Shown: positions 10,716-22,368, numbered from the stretch's first letter. The stretch is 64,000 bases of DNA from a bacterium (GCA_048499175.1 JASOAK010000004.1:36373-100372), one strand, 5' to 3'. The notes: a model not told the origin generated them from the letters alone. A program made the numbers and translations.

Positions 10716-11552
10716 ATGCGCCGACGCATCGCCCTCGCCGTGGCGGCCGCCGTTCTGTTACATGCCGCCCTTGCAATCTTCCTGGTTTGGCTTAGTGCTT
10801 TTCAGCAACACCGCGTCGCCACCTTGAGCGACGCCGGCGGGGTGGTGTGGTACAACCTGAATCCCGGCGGCGCGGGCAGCGGAGGCGCGGGCGGGCTGGG
10901 CGCGCCGCAGGCCGCGGATCCCCAGGCCGCAACCCCGAAATCCGAAGGAATGGCGCCGACGCCATCCAAGCCGGATAGAAAATCCGACGAGGCCTTGACG
11001 GAGCGGCCCGCCAAGGCGATCCCCGCGAAGCCGCCGCGTCTCAAGATCGTCCCCAAGCCGCCGATCGCCGAGGAAGGCGCGGAACGCCCTGCCGAAAAGG
11101 CCTCCCTCCCTCCCGGCTTGCCGGGACCCGGCGAAGGGGATTCCTCCGGCGCTAAGACCGGCCCCGGCGGCGGGGAGGGAGCGGGCCTGGGCGGCGGAGA
11201 AGGCGCCGGCAGCGGCGGCGGGAAGGGTCCCGGCGGGGTCGGCGCGCCGGGCAGCGGCGGGTCGGGGAGCGGCGGCGAGGCCTCGACGATCCTGGCGCGC
11301 ATCCGGCAGAAGATCGCGCGGGCCAAGCGCTACCCGCGCCAGGCGCGCTCCGAGGAGTTGGAAGGAGTCGCGGGCCTGCAATTCGAAATCAATGCCGACG
11401 GCTCGGTCGCCTACGTCAACCTCACCAGCAGCAGCGGGCACCGCGTCCTGGACGAGGAGGCCGTAGCGACGGTGCGGCGCGCCGCGCCTTTTCCCTATTA
11501 TGCGGGGCCGATCCGGTTTAGCCTGCGCTTCAGCTTGAAGGACAACCCGTAG
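10716..11552 (+). CDS. tonB: TonB-family energy transducer (N-terminal TM helix, Pro/Gly-rich linker, TonB C-terminal domain)
   Basis: C-terminal domain KRYPRQARSEELEGVAGLQFEINADGSV. The Gly/Pro-rich spacer is low-complexity. Its stop codon TAG lies inside the REP element. Confidence 0.75.
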   Translation: MRRRIALAVAAAVLLHAALAIFLVWLSAFQQHRVATLSDAGGVVWYNLNPGGAGSGGAGGLGAPQAADPQAATPKSEGMAPTPSKPDRKSDEALTERPAKAIPAKPPRLKIVPKPPIAEEGAERPAEKASLPPGLPGPGEGDSSGAKTGPGGGEGAGLGGGEGAGSGGGKGPGGVGAPGSGGSGSGGEASTILARIRQKIARAKRYPRQARSEELEGVAGLQFEINADGSVAYVNLTSSSGHRVLDEEAVATVRRAAPFPYYAGPIRFSLRFSLKDNP

Positions 11553-11686
11553 GGGCGAACCTTGTGTTCGCCCCCGGTGGAAAATAAGCCGGATTTGGCT
11601 TTCGAGCGGCGTCCGTAGGGGCCGGCAAAGAAGCCAACCTTGCGAAATCGCTGCCATCGCCGGGCGAACACAAGGTTCGCCCCTAC
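11549..11686. repeat. REP/MITE-like palindromic element with 25-bp terminal inverted repeats GTAGGGGCGAACCTTGTGTTCGCCC / GGGCGAACACAAGGTTCGCCCCTAC
   Basis: The two inverted repeats are perfect. The same terminal repeats recur at 31386-31487. Confidence 0.8.
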
Positions 11687-11727
11687 GAATGCGGTGTTGC
11701 CTTTTTTACCAATTTAGAACTTGAAAC

Positions 11728-12909
11728 ATGATCCGTTTTCCAAAACCTCTCGAAGACTTCCTCCTCCCCTTTCTCAAGCGCGAGTTCTACCGCGGCACGC
11801 GCCGAGCCTCCTTCGCCGAGCGGCCCTTCGGCGACGAGGACCTGCGCTTCTTCGCCAAAGGTGTTTCGCAGCTCTCCGAGCTCTTCACCTCCGACCGCGC
11901 CAACCTGCAGGCCGGCTACCTGAACCAGCCGCAGCTCCGCGCGGCCTATCTACTTTATTTTCTGCCGATCAATTACGCCAAGACCCGCTTCGTGCTGGAG
12001 AAAATCCCCGAAACATTCTGGCGGCGCGAAAAATTCCGCGTCCTCGACCTGGGCTGCGGGCCCGGCTCGGCCTCGCTGGCCTTCGCGAGGATGCTGGCCG
12101 AAAAGAATCCGAAGGCCGAGCTCGAGCTCGTCCTGGTCGAACAAAACGCCAATATCCTGAAGGACGCGCAGCGCCTCCTCGAGGCCGCCGCGCCCGCGCT
12201 CAAGCTCCAGGTCCGCGCCTTCCCGCTCTGGCTGCACGGCTTCCGCTTCCAGGGAAAATACGACTTGATCCTGATGAGCCACGTCCTGAACGAGCTGGTG
12301 CAGCTCTCGGCCCAGGAGCGCGCCGAGTGGCTCTTTCCGCGGCTCGACGAGCACCTCGCGGCGGACGGTATCGCCGCCCTCCTCGAGCCGGCGCTGCGAC
12401 GCCCGACCCGCGAGCTGATGGCGCTGCGCGACCACCTCATCGAATCGGGCGAGCTGGGCGTGCTGGCGCCCTGTCTGCACAACGAGGTCTGCCCCATGCT
12501 CGCCGCGACCCGCGGCGACTGGTGCCACTTCTACGTGGATTGGGAGGAGCCAGAATACCTGCGGGAGCTCGACCGCCTGGTGAAGAACGACAACCGCTTC
12601 CTCAAGGTCGCCTACCTCCTGCTCGGCCGAAAGGAATCTTGGCAGGAGGCCCAACCCCAGGACCGCGAGCTGTTCCGCGTGGTAAGCAACCGCATGCAGA
12701 CGCGCGGCAAGACCGAGGTCGTGCTCTGCGGCGCCCCCGGCCGGCTCAGCCTCTATCGCCTCGACCGCGAACGGCGCGCGGAAAACCAGGACCTCGATCA
12801 AGTCCGCCGTGGCGACGTGCTGCGGCTGCAAGGTTGGAAGAGCAAGGGCTTCAAGGTGTCGTGGACCCTGCGTCTGGACCCCAAATGGACGGTGAAGAAA
12901 CTTCCCTAG
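11728..12909 (+). CDS. Class-I SAM-dependent methyltransferase, Rsm22-like
   Basis: SAM motif VLDLGCGPGSAS. C-terminal Cys cluster CLHNEVCPM...DWCHF as found in the Rsm22/COG5459 family. Confidence 0.5.
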   Translation: MIRFPKPLEDFLLPFLKREFYRGTRRASFAERPFGDEDLRFFAKGVSQLSELFTSDRANLQAGYLNQPQLRAAYLLYFLPINYAKTRFVLEKIPETFWRREKFRVLDLGCGPGSASLAFARMLAEKNPKAELELVLVEQNANILKDAQRLLEAAAPALKLQVRAFPLWLHGFRFQGKYDLILMSHVLNELVQLSAQERAEWLFPRLDEHLAADGIAALLEPALRRPTRELMALRDHLIESGELGVLAPCLHNEVCPMLAATRGDWCHFYVDWEEPEYLRELDRLVKNDNRFLKVAYLLLGRKESWQEAQPQDRELFRVVSNRMQTRGKTEVVLCGAPGRLSLYRLDRERRAENQDLDQVRRGDVLRLQGWKSKGFKVSWTLRLDPKWTVKKLP

Positions 12910-13889
12910 CGACGGCGGCTCGCCCCTGAGCCTCGCGCCCGACCGGCGGAGGCCTTCGGCCGTCCGCCGGAGGGGCTTTTGATCCCGAGGGCCTCGGCGC
13001 GAAATCTCTCCTGCAAATTCTGAAAATCCTTCGGCGGCTTGGAGCGGAAGATCAGCTTCTTGTTGGTGAGCGGGTGGCGGAACTCGAGATAAGCCGCGTG
13101 CAACGCCTGGCGCGGCGCCGCGAGCTTGCCGCCGTAGAGCCGGTCGCCCACCACCGGGTGGCCCTGGCTGGCGAAGTGGACGCGCACCTGGTGGGTGCGC
13201 CCCGTCTCGAGCCGGGCCTCGACGAGCGTCGCTCCGGGGTAGCGCTCGAGGACGAAGAAATGCGTCTTCGCCCGGCCCTCCTTGGCGCCTCGGCTCAGCG
13301 CCTTCATCTTCTTCGCCTTCGCTTCCAGGTCCTTGACGATGGCCGCCTCGATCGTCCCTTCCGACTTCTTGAGCTGCCCCTCGACCAAGGCCAGGTAGCG
13401 CCGCCCCACCGTGTGCCGCTTGAACTGCTCGGAGAGCGCGTTGGCCGCGCGCGACAGGGTGTAGACCATGATCCCGCTCGTCTCGCGGTCGAGGCGGTGC
13501 ATCAGGCCGACGTACGGGTGCTCGATCTCGGGGTGGGCGCGGCGCAGGTAATCGTTGATGTCGTCGACCAGGGTGGAGCTGAGCGTCTGGGCGCTGCGCT
13601 CGCAGGCGACGCCGGGCGGCTTCTCCACGACGAGCAGGTCCGGGTCCTCGTAGTAGACCTTGAGATAGCGCTTGCGGCGCGGGAGGCTCGCCTCGTTCGG
13701 GTCCTTCAAGGCCCAAGTCTCGCCCGCCTGCACCTTCCAGGAGCCGATGATCACCTTGCGGTCGCCCAGGAAGACCTTGCCCTCGTCGATGAGCTGCTTG
13801 GCCTTCTTGCGGCTGGCGCCCATCGCCTGGGCCAGAAATTGGTCGAGGCGCATCTCGTGCTGTTCGGGCTTGACCTTGAAGCTGTCCAT
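12906..13889 (-). CDS. RluA-family 23S rRNA pseudouridine synthase (RluD/RluC-like, S4 domain plus catalytic domain)
   Basis: S4-like N-terminus (RLDQFLAQ...KQLIDEGKVFLGDRKV). Catalytic HRLDRETSG motif. The long ORF track start is not credible; start taken at MDSFKV. Confidence 0.8.
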   Translation of the reverse strand: MDSFKVKPEQHEMRLDQFLAQAMGASRKKAKQLIDEGKVFLGDRKVIIGSWKVQAGETWALKDPNEASLPRRKRYLKVYYEDPDLLVVEKPPGVACERSAQTLSSTLVDDINDYLRRAHPEIEHPYVGLMHRLDRETSGIMVYTLSRAANALSEQFKRHTVGRRYLALVEGQLKKSEGTIEAAIVKDLEAKAKKMKALSRGAKEGRAKTHFFVLERYPGATLVEARLETGRTHQVRVHFASQGHPVVGDRLYGGKLAAPRQALHAAYLEFRHPLTNKKLIFRSKPPKDFQNLQERFRAEALGIKSPSGGRPKASAGRARGSGASRRR

Positions 13890-13899
13890 GGCGGAAGGT

Positions 13900-14874
13900 A
13901 TGGCACGGATGCCGCGCCGCCGCAAATCCCTAAAGTTGCTCTTCGTCGCCGACCCCTTGGCCGGATTCCATCCCCAGCGCGAGACGACGCTCTTCCTCAT
14001 GCACGAGGCCCAGCGCCGCGGCCACCAGGTCTTCGCGACCACCCCCGAACGCCTGAGCAGCCGGGGCCGCGAGCCCGAGGCCTTCGCCGAGCGCCTCAAG
14101 ATCCTCGGCATCGGCAAAAGCCCCTGGCACCGCGTCCTCGAGGGCCGGCGCCGCGAGCTGCGCGCCTTCGACGCCATTCTGCTGCGCAAGGACCCGCCCT
14201 TCGACCAGAACTACCTGCACCACCTCTACCTCCTCGAGCTTTTATCCGAACAGGTCTACATGATGAACCACCCGCGCGGCGTCCTCGAGGCCAACGAAAA
14301 GCTCCTGCCCCTGCACTTCCCCGACCTGATCCCGCCGACGCTGGTCAGCGCCGAGTTCGCGACCTTGAGCGAGTTCATCCGCGCGCAGCCGGACGGCGCG
14401 GTGATCAAGCCCATCAACAGCAGCGGCGGGCGCGGGATCTTCTACCTGCGCAACACCCGCACCGAAAATTTCAAGGTCGTCCTCGAGACCGCCACCGACG
14501 ACTTCAGGCGCCACGTCATCGCGCAGCGCTTCCTCCCCGAGATCCGCAAGGGCGACAAGCGCGTGATGCTGCTGGGCACCGAGATCCTGGGCTCCTTCCT
14601 CCGCAAACCGGCCGAGGGCGAGCACCGCGCCAACCTCCACTCCGGGGGCTCGGCCCACCCCAGCCCCCTGACGGCCTCGGATCGCCGGATCGTCGCGGCC
14701 CTCCTCCCCAGCCTGCAGGGCCTGGGCCTCGACTTCGTGGGCCTGGACCTGATCGGAAACTACCTCACCGAGGTCAACGTCACCTCGCCGATGGGACTGG
14801 CCGAAATCAACGCGACCGGCGGCTCGCACAGCCAAAGAAAAGTCATTGATTTTATTGAGAAAAAATTAAACTGA
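13900..14874 (+). CDS. gshB: Glutathione synthetase (prokaryotic ATP-grasp GshB)
   Basis: LKLLFVADPLAGFHP...RGHQVF N-domain and an ATP-grasp C-domain (KPINSSGGRGIF...LTEVNVTSPMGLAEINATGG). A GGAAGG ribosome-binding site precedes the start. Confidence 0.85.
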   Translation: MARMPRRRKSLKLLFVADPLAGFHPQRETTLFLMHEAQRRGHQVFATTPERLSSRGREPEAFAERLKILGIGKSPWHRVLEGRRRELRAFDAILLRKDPPFDQNYLHHLYLLELLSEQVYMMNHPRGVLEANEKLLPLHFPDLIPPTLVSAEFATLSEFIRAQPDGAVIKPINSSGGRGIFYLRNTRTENFKVVLETATDDFRRHVIAQRFLPEIRKGDKRVMLLGTEILGSFLRKPAEGEHRANLHSGGSAHPSPLTASDRRIVAALLPSLQGLGLDFVGLDLIGNYLTEVNVTSPMGLAEINATGGSHSQRKVIDFIEKKLN

Positions 14875-14972
14875 CCCCGCCAGCCCCACCCCTTTGACGC
14901 CCCGCGAATATTTCCCCGACAAGGCCCTCCAAAAGCCTCTTCGAATAGGCTAAATTTAGGGTTGCGCGCGTT

Positions 14973-14988
14973 GTAGGGCTTGCCCTAT
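14973..14988. repeat. Mini REP-like hairpin GTAGGGC-TT-GCCCTAT
   Basis: Perfect palindrome TAGGGC/GCCCTA in the intergenic region. Confidence 0.5.
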
Positions 14989-15026
14989 CAGGCCGTTGAA
15001 AAATTACTGCGAAAGGACGATGCCCG

Positions 15027-15542
15027 ATGGCCGCCCGGAAGAAAAAACCGACCCGTAAAAAAACCGCCCGACGGGGGGCTAAGGGCGGCGGCGCGCGCAA
15101 GAAGCGCAGCAAGGCCGAGCTGGTCCTCAAGACCGAATTGTCCCCGCAGCTCCATTGGATTTACCCCTACCTGCGCAAGGCCAAGCTCAAGATGCCGAAC
15201 CTGGTCCTGCCCCGGCGCATCCGTTCCTTCCGCCCGATCCGCAGCAAGATCATGCGGGTCCTGGGCAACGCCTATTTCGACAACCGCACCGTGGTCATCG
15301 CGACGCACACCCAGACCACCTACATGAACCGCAAGGGCGAGCTGAAGGTGAAGAAAATCGTCCGCCTCCCCAAGGCCAGGATCCTCGACACCCTGGCCCA
15401 CGAGATCGCCCACTTCCAATACGCCGACCACGGCTACGAGCACGAAGAATTCACCCGCTCGATCTTCAAGACCTTCGGCCTCAAGGAAAAATGCCCGTAC
15501 TGCAAGGGCACCGGCAAGGTCCAGCTCGAGGGGAAACCCTAG
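15027..15542 (+). CDS. Lys/Arg-rich protein with HExxH zinc-metallopeptidase-like motif (SprT-like) and C-terminal CxxC
   Basis: LAHEIAHFQYADHGYEH (HExxH...H) and CPYCKGTG. The N-terminal 30 residues are very basic. Confidence 0.45.
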   Translation: MAARKKKPTRKKTARRGAKGGGARKKRSKAELVLKTELSPQLHWIYPYLRKAKLKMPNLVLPRRIRSFRPIRSKIMRVLGNAYFDNRTVVIATHTQTTYMNRKGELKVKKIVRLPKARILDTLAHEIAHFQYADHGYEHEEFTRSIFKTFGLKEKCPYCKGTGKVQLEGKP

Positions 15543-15545
15543 CGC

Positions 15546-16484
15546 GTGAAGCGAACCCTCACAGTCCCGCCCCTGCCCGCGCCCGAGCGTCTCGATAAAT
15601 TTCTCATTCGCCAATTCCCCGAGAGCGGGCGCGGCTATTGGCGCGAGCGTCTCGAGGAAACCGTCAGGGTGGACGGTAAGAAGGCGGCGAAGGGGCGGAT
15701 GCTTGCCGGAGGCGAAACGTTGGAGCTGAGCGAGCCGCCGCCGGCGGCCGACGCGGCCTTCGCGGCCAATCCCGATCTGTCGCTGAAGGTCCTCTTCGAG
15801 GACGAGCATCTCCTCGCCGTCGACAAGCCGGCCGACCTGCCCTGTCATCCTTTGAGAATCGGGGAGTCCCGCACCTTGGCCCAGGCCGTACTGGCGAGGT
15901 ACCCCGCACAGCGCTCCTTGCGGCCGGCCCGCGAGGCCGGGCTGGTCTACCGCCTGGACAACGAGACCAGCGGCGTCGTCCTGTTCGCGCGCCATCCGGA
16001 GGCCCTGAAGGCCCTCCGCAGGCTCAGCCGCTCGGGGGGCATGTCGAAAATTTACCTGGCGCTGGTCGAGGGAAGCGTCTCCCAAGCGGGCGTCGTTCGG
16101 TTTCCCATCGCCCACCACCCGAAGAACCCCCGGAAAATGCTGGCCGTCACGCCGGAGCGGGAATCCGAGGGCCTCCGCGCCCGGCCCGCGGAGACGACCT
16201 TCGAGCCGGTCGCCGAGCACGGCGGCAGGACCCTCTTGCGCGTCGCAATCAAGGTCGGCAACCGCCACCAGATTCGCGTCCACCTGGCGGCCTTGGGCCA
16301 CCCCATCGTCGGCGACGCGCTCTACGGCGCCGGGCCCCGGCGGGGCCTGTCGCGCCATTGGCTGCACGCCTCGGAGATCCGGTTCGAACATCCCTTTTTG
16401 GGAACCGCGATGGTCCTGGCATCGCCGATCCCCGAGGGCTTCGGCGGATCTCCGCGCTTGGCGAGACCGCGATCCATGACGTAG
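15546..16484 (+). CDS. RluA-family pseudouridine synthase (second paralog)
   Basis: HRLDNETSGVVLFA catalytic motif. GTG start 3 bp after the upstream stop. Confidence 0.8.
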   Translation: MKRTLTVPPLPAPERLDKFLIRQFPESGRGYWRERLEETVRVDGKKAAKGRMLAGGETLELSEPPPAADAAFAANPDLSLKVLFEDEHLLAVDKPADLPCHPLRIGESRTLAQAVLARYPAQRSLRPAREAGLVYRLDNETSGVVLFARHPEALKALRRLSRSGGMSKIYLALVEGSVSQAGVVRFPIAHHPKNPRKMLAVTPERESEGLRARPAETTFEPVAEHGGRTLLRVAIKVGNRHQIRVHLAALGHPIVGDALYGAGPRRGLSRHWLHASEIRFEHPFLGTAMVLASPIPEGFGGSPRLARPRSMT

Positions 16485-16485
16485 A

Positions 16486-17235
16486 ATGTCTCCGAAGGGA
16501 GGCTGCATGATCACCAGTTCCGAATCGGGGACCAATATCGAGGAAATTTCCGAGGGTATTTTCCGGATCCACACGCCGGTGCCCCCTTCCCCATCGAGCG
16601 GGGGATTTTCCTTCAATCAGTTCCTCATCGTCGACGAGGCGCCTCTCCTCTTCCATTCCGGTCCCCGCCGGATGTTTCCCCTCGTGCGCGAGGCCGTCGC
16701 CAAGATCCTGCCCTTGGAACGCATGCGCTACTTTTCCTTCTCCCACTGCGAATCCGACGAATGCGGCTCGGTCAACGAGTTCCTGGCGCTTTGTCCCCAA
16801 GCCGTGCCGCTTTGCGGGGAGATAAACGCCATGATCAACGGCGATCTCTTCGACCGGCCTCCCAAGGTCCTGCAACACGGGGAAACTCTTTCCTTAGGAA
16901 AGCATCAGGTCCAATGGTTCGACGCGCCGCACCTTCCCCACGCCTGGGAATGCGGCTATCTGTTCGAAGACGCAACCAAGACCCTTCTGTGCGGGGACCT
17001 CTTCACTCAGGGAGGGGCCTACCATCCCCCCGTCACGGAATCGGATATCCTGGAACCCAGCGAGGCCTACCGCAAGCAGTTGGACTATTTTTCCCAAGCG
17101 AAGAACGTCGTCCAGCTCATGGCCCCGCTGGCCCAAACCCGGCCCACGACGCTGGCCTGCATGCACGGCAGCGCCTGGAAGGGAGACGGAGAAAAGCTGC
17201 TCACCGAGTTGGCCCGACGGCTTTCCGGCGATTAG
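16486..17235 (+). CDS. Metallo-beta-lactamase-fold protein (H-x-E-x-D variant motif)
   Basis: FSHCESDECGS occupies the position of the HxHxDH motif. The start may instead be the ATG at 16507. Confidence 0.45.
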   Translation: MSPKGGCMITSSESGTNIEEISEGIFRIHTPVPPSPSSGGFSFNQFLIVDEAPLLFHSGPRRMFPLVREAVAKILPLERMRYFSFSHCESDECGSVNEFLALCPQAVPLCGEINAMINGDLFDRPPKVLQHGETLSLGKHQVQWFDAPHLPHAWECGYLFEDATKTLLCGDLFTQGGAYHPPVTESDILEPSEAYRKQLDYFSQAKNVVQLMAPLAQTRPTTLACMHGSAWKGDGEKLLTELARRLSGD

Positions 17236-17352
17236 CGAGAATCCTCGGCTTCCTCCCGGACGATCGAAGGGCCACGGAAAAGCCCCGGTATGGGACGACG
17301 CGTTAAAGATCTTCCTCGCCACCGGCCTCGCGAATCACGCTATAATCGGGAA

Positions 17353-18953
<1,601 letters not shown>

Positions 18954-18963
18954 ACCGCGCCGC

Positions 18964-19206
18964 TCACTGCGGCGCCGGCACCCAGCGAATCTCCATCTCC
19001 TCCCGGCCTTCCATGGCGCGACGCAGGGCCCCCATCAATTCGGGGTCGGCGCCCTCCTCTTCCAGGTAATCCAGGGTGTCGATGTTGAGGTAATAGTCCC
19101 GGTCCGAGTCGGCCTCTTCCTCGAGGTGATCCGCCAGAAAGCGGAATTGATCCTCGGTGATCTCGGCCACCAGCCGCTCGCGTTCCTTCTCGAAGAGCTT
19201 CACCAT
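18964..19206 (-). CDS. Small acidic hypothetical protein (80 aa)
   Basis: Strong AAGGAGG ribosome-binding site 6 nt upstream of the ATG. Asp/Glu-rich. Confidence 0.5.
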   Translation of the reverse strand: MVKLFEKERERLVAEITEDQFRFLADHLEEEADSDRDYYLNIDTLDYLEEEGADPELMGALRRAMEGREEMEIRWVPAPQ

Positions 19207-20479
19207 GGGAGACCTCCTTCGTTTCGGAGATTCTAACCTTCTCGGAAGGAGGAACAGAAGGGGGAATTTTTACTTTTCAGGGAAAAAGAGGGGCAGCCCC
19301 ACGACCATTGCCAATCTCTGCATCCTGACAGAGGTCCGGGTCCATAGTCGGGCCTCGCCGTGGAGACCCGACGCCAAATCATGCGATCCCACGCAGGCCC
19401 GGAACTGAAAGACCGGCCCTCCGGCGCCCTGGCGGGGAAGTCCGCGATCGTATCCCGGGTAGCGACTAGATTCCACCCGGGATCGACCCTGTCCATCGCA
19501 AGTCAAAAACACCCTTTAAAGGCGGGCTCGCAGTTTCCGGGTTTATTTTCCTGAAAAACTTCCGCGCGAACCGGGGAGACAAGTGACGATGGATCCCTCT
19601 TGAATCAGGGACCTCGAGGGGCCCGCTGCGAAACGAATTTGGGCCGAAAAAATTCGATCCACAGGGAGGTGTGTCGACCAAGACCTTCTGGCCATCGGCG
19701 CATCTTCTTGAGATCTTTTGAGTCAATTTAAGGGCGTTGGACCCCTTGCAACTTCAAAAAAGACCTTCCACGCGTTTTTCGGATCGAAGACGCCGAGTGC
19801 CCATGACCACCACCTGGATGTGCGTGGGGGCCCCGCTCAACCGGACGGCCTCCTGATAATTTTCGAGGGAGGTTCATCGAGTTCTCATCCGGATCACCTC
19901 GATATCTTGTTCATACCTAAAATGTATGCCTGTCAATTTGTCCGCTCCCGGCGTGAAAAAAGGGCCGCGGGGCCCATGGTACCACGAGGTAGTCGCAGCC
20001 GGTGTTGACCCAAAATTAATGCGAATCGGCGCCCGCGTCGTGCGTCGCACCGAGGTGCTGGATTTGCACCGCGTTCGGGAAGTTGGATCACCTGGGCCGC
20101 TGCGCGTCCTCGCTCTGGACGCAAGAAGTCCCACGCCCCGCGAAACGCAGGAGGTCGTACTTTCGTGCCGATCAGGATCTGTTTCGAGTCCTCCCCTTCG
20201 TGGAAGTGGGGGGATGCTCACTCGTCTCGCGAAATCGTGCATCGAATGGAAGACCCCACTCAAGACCCCGGGTCGCGTGACGTGGGTGCCGCTCGCGCGT
20301 CCTTGGTCCAGGTGCCGGCCAGGTGGAAGCTCTCCGGGAACGACGACAGCCGCCGCCGTGGTCCCGCCCTCGTGGTTCTTGGATCGCCGCGCCCTCCCGC
20401 GCCGGGGCCAGGGTCAGCCTCGTAGGCGCAGTAGGCGTACCTTCGGGACCTCATTCTCGCCCAGCAGGTGGCTGATCAG

Positions 20480-21676
20480 GTCCGCCTGGAGTAGTCCTGG
20501 CTGGAGTTGATCTCGAGGGTCTGATCTAGGCCCGGTTGGCATTCGGGGTCCTCGCCGTCCGAGATCAGCTTGAAGGTCTTCCAGTTCACCTTCGCCTCCG
20601 TCAGCTTCACGGTGTAGCCCAGGAGTCGTTGACGAAGCTTCTTGTTGCCGTCCGCGTCGAGCGGGGCGTTCGCCGCTGGCGCAGGTGTTGGACGACGGAG
20701 AATTGCGGTCGCCGATCTCGGCCGGGCGCCGGGGTTGCTGTCGTCGATGAGCTGTTGCCGGTCAGCCGGCGAAGCGCGGCGCAGGAGAAACAGAGGTCGA
20801 GTTTGCAGTTTCCGGTTCGCCAAGCTCGGGCGATTCCCAGCAAGGTGAAGTTGAACCCCAAGCATCGCTGAGCAGCGAGGTCGGGTCTTGGACTGGGGCC
20901 ACGCCTGGCCGACTTCCAAAGGTATCCGAAGCACGGGAGACGGGCAACCAGGGGTGATCGATGTCGTTCGCGCAGGGGTAGAGGGATGAGACCGGGGTGA
21001 CGTAGGCCTTGGTCGAGCCGCTCGTGAACCCGTCGTCGCGGATGCTGGTCGAGCCCTGGAAGGCCACGAACAGATGCAGGGGGATCTTGCCCTTGATCAC
21101 CGGGATGTTGGCGCCCACCTGGTAGTCGAGCGTGGGGCTCACCTGGTCCGCGGCCGCCAGCGTCGTGCCCACGGTGGTGTAGAAATCCACCGGGCCCAAG
21201 CCCGCCGTGTAGTTGAGGAATGGCGAGACCAGCACGTCGCCGGCGCCCAGCCCCTTGGCCTCGTCGCCGGTGGGGAAGGAGAAGCCGCCGCCGAGCGTGA
21301 GGTTCATCCGCGAGCTCGGCCGCGACCACAGCAGGCCCTTGAAGCTTAAGGCGACATCCCCGATCCCGTCCGAGCGCGGGAGGAATTTCTCCCGAATCGA
21401 GAGGAAGGGGCAGCCGCTCCGACGCTGAAAGCGGCGGTGCGCGGCCTCCCCCGCTGGTAGCGCAGGACCTCCCAGCCGTCGTCAGGGCGTCGACGTTAAG
21501 GTGAGACAAGGTTCGCGAAGGGGTTGTAAATTCCCTCCCCGCCGCCGTGGCCGGACACGTGGTGCGCCGCCGTTGCCGAGTCCCGTCGTGACGACGAGCG
21601 CGGCGCAGAGCAGCGCTGCAAAGGCGTTGCATAGCGATTCCTTTGGGACGGGGCTGAGGCGCTCGGCGATGATCAT
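20480..21676 (-). pseudogene. Degraded outer-membrane beta-barrel-like gene (multiple frameshifts)
   Basis: Signal-peptide-like start split across two frames. Beta-strand-like text (GGGFSFPTGDEAKGLGAGDVLVSPFLNYTAGLGPVDFYTTVG...) continues in another frame (NAPLDADGNKKLRQRLLGYTVKLTEAKVNWKTFKL). Confidence 0.3.
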
Positions 21677-21869
21677 GTTCGAAAAAGAAATGGAGAGGGG
21701 CTTTTAAGCTGCCCGGGCGGAGGCGGATCGAGGCCGGCGGGAACGCCGACTAAGGCAAAGGCGTCGCCCAGCTCGAAACCGAGGACGGGGTTGAAAGACG
21801 ACAAATCTTCTTGGGGAAGAAGGGCTCGCTGCGCTCAAGACCTCGCGGCGCTGCTGGCGCGAGTCGGGT

Positions 21870-22217
21870 TCACCGGGCAGGGCTTCTTCGTCGGCACGCG
21901 CCTCGACTGGGCCGACCGGCATGGCCGGCTTCGGCCATCGCGCCGTGGGCCTCGTGTCCCGCGTCCAGCTCCGCGTGGTGACCTTCGTGCCCGGAGTGGC
22001 CGGCAGGCCCGCCGTGATCCATGGCCTCGACCTTAGGACTAGGGCCCCTGGGCCGCTTCTTCAAGTCGCAGCCGTGGATGCATCGGCGCCCCGAGAGGTT
22101 ACAGCCGCAGGCCTCGTGCTGTCCCATCGCCCAGGCATAGGAGTAGGGATAAGCCTGCCCGAAGCTGATCAGGCAGAAAAACAGGGCCACAAACCACTTG
22201 TGACGGAAGCTGGGCAC
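21870..22217 (-). CDS. Small secreted His-rich protein (possible periplasmic metal-binding)
   Basis: Signal peptide KWFVALFFCLISFGQA. His-rich HGGPAGHSGHEGHHAELDAGHEAHG. The C-terminal tail looks frameshifted. Confidence 0.4.
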   Translation of the reverse strand: MPSFRHKWFVALFFCLISFGQAYPYSYAWAMGQHEACGCNLSGRRCIHGCDLKKRPRGPSPKVEAMDHGGPAGHSGHEGHHAELDAGHEAHGAMAEAGHAGRPSRGACRRRSPAR

Positions 22218-22368
22218 CTCGGTGGCACTATGCGATCTGGGAAAAGCCTGTCAAGCCATTCAGATACTTGATGAAAAATCCCTATAAATGGGATCACCTC
22301 TATTGAGGAATGATACTCTTTAAAAATATTGAATATTTTTTTAGCTTGAGTATATCTTTTATAAGCTA

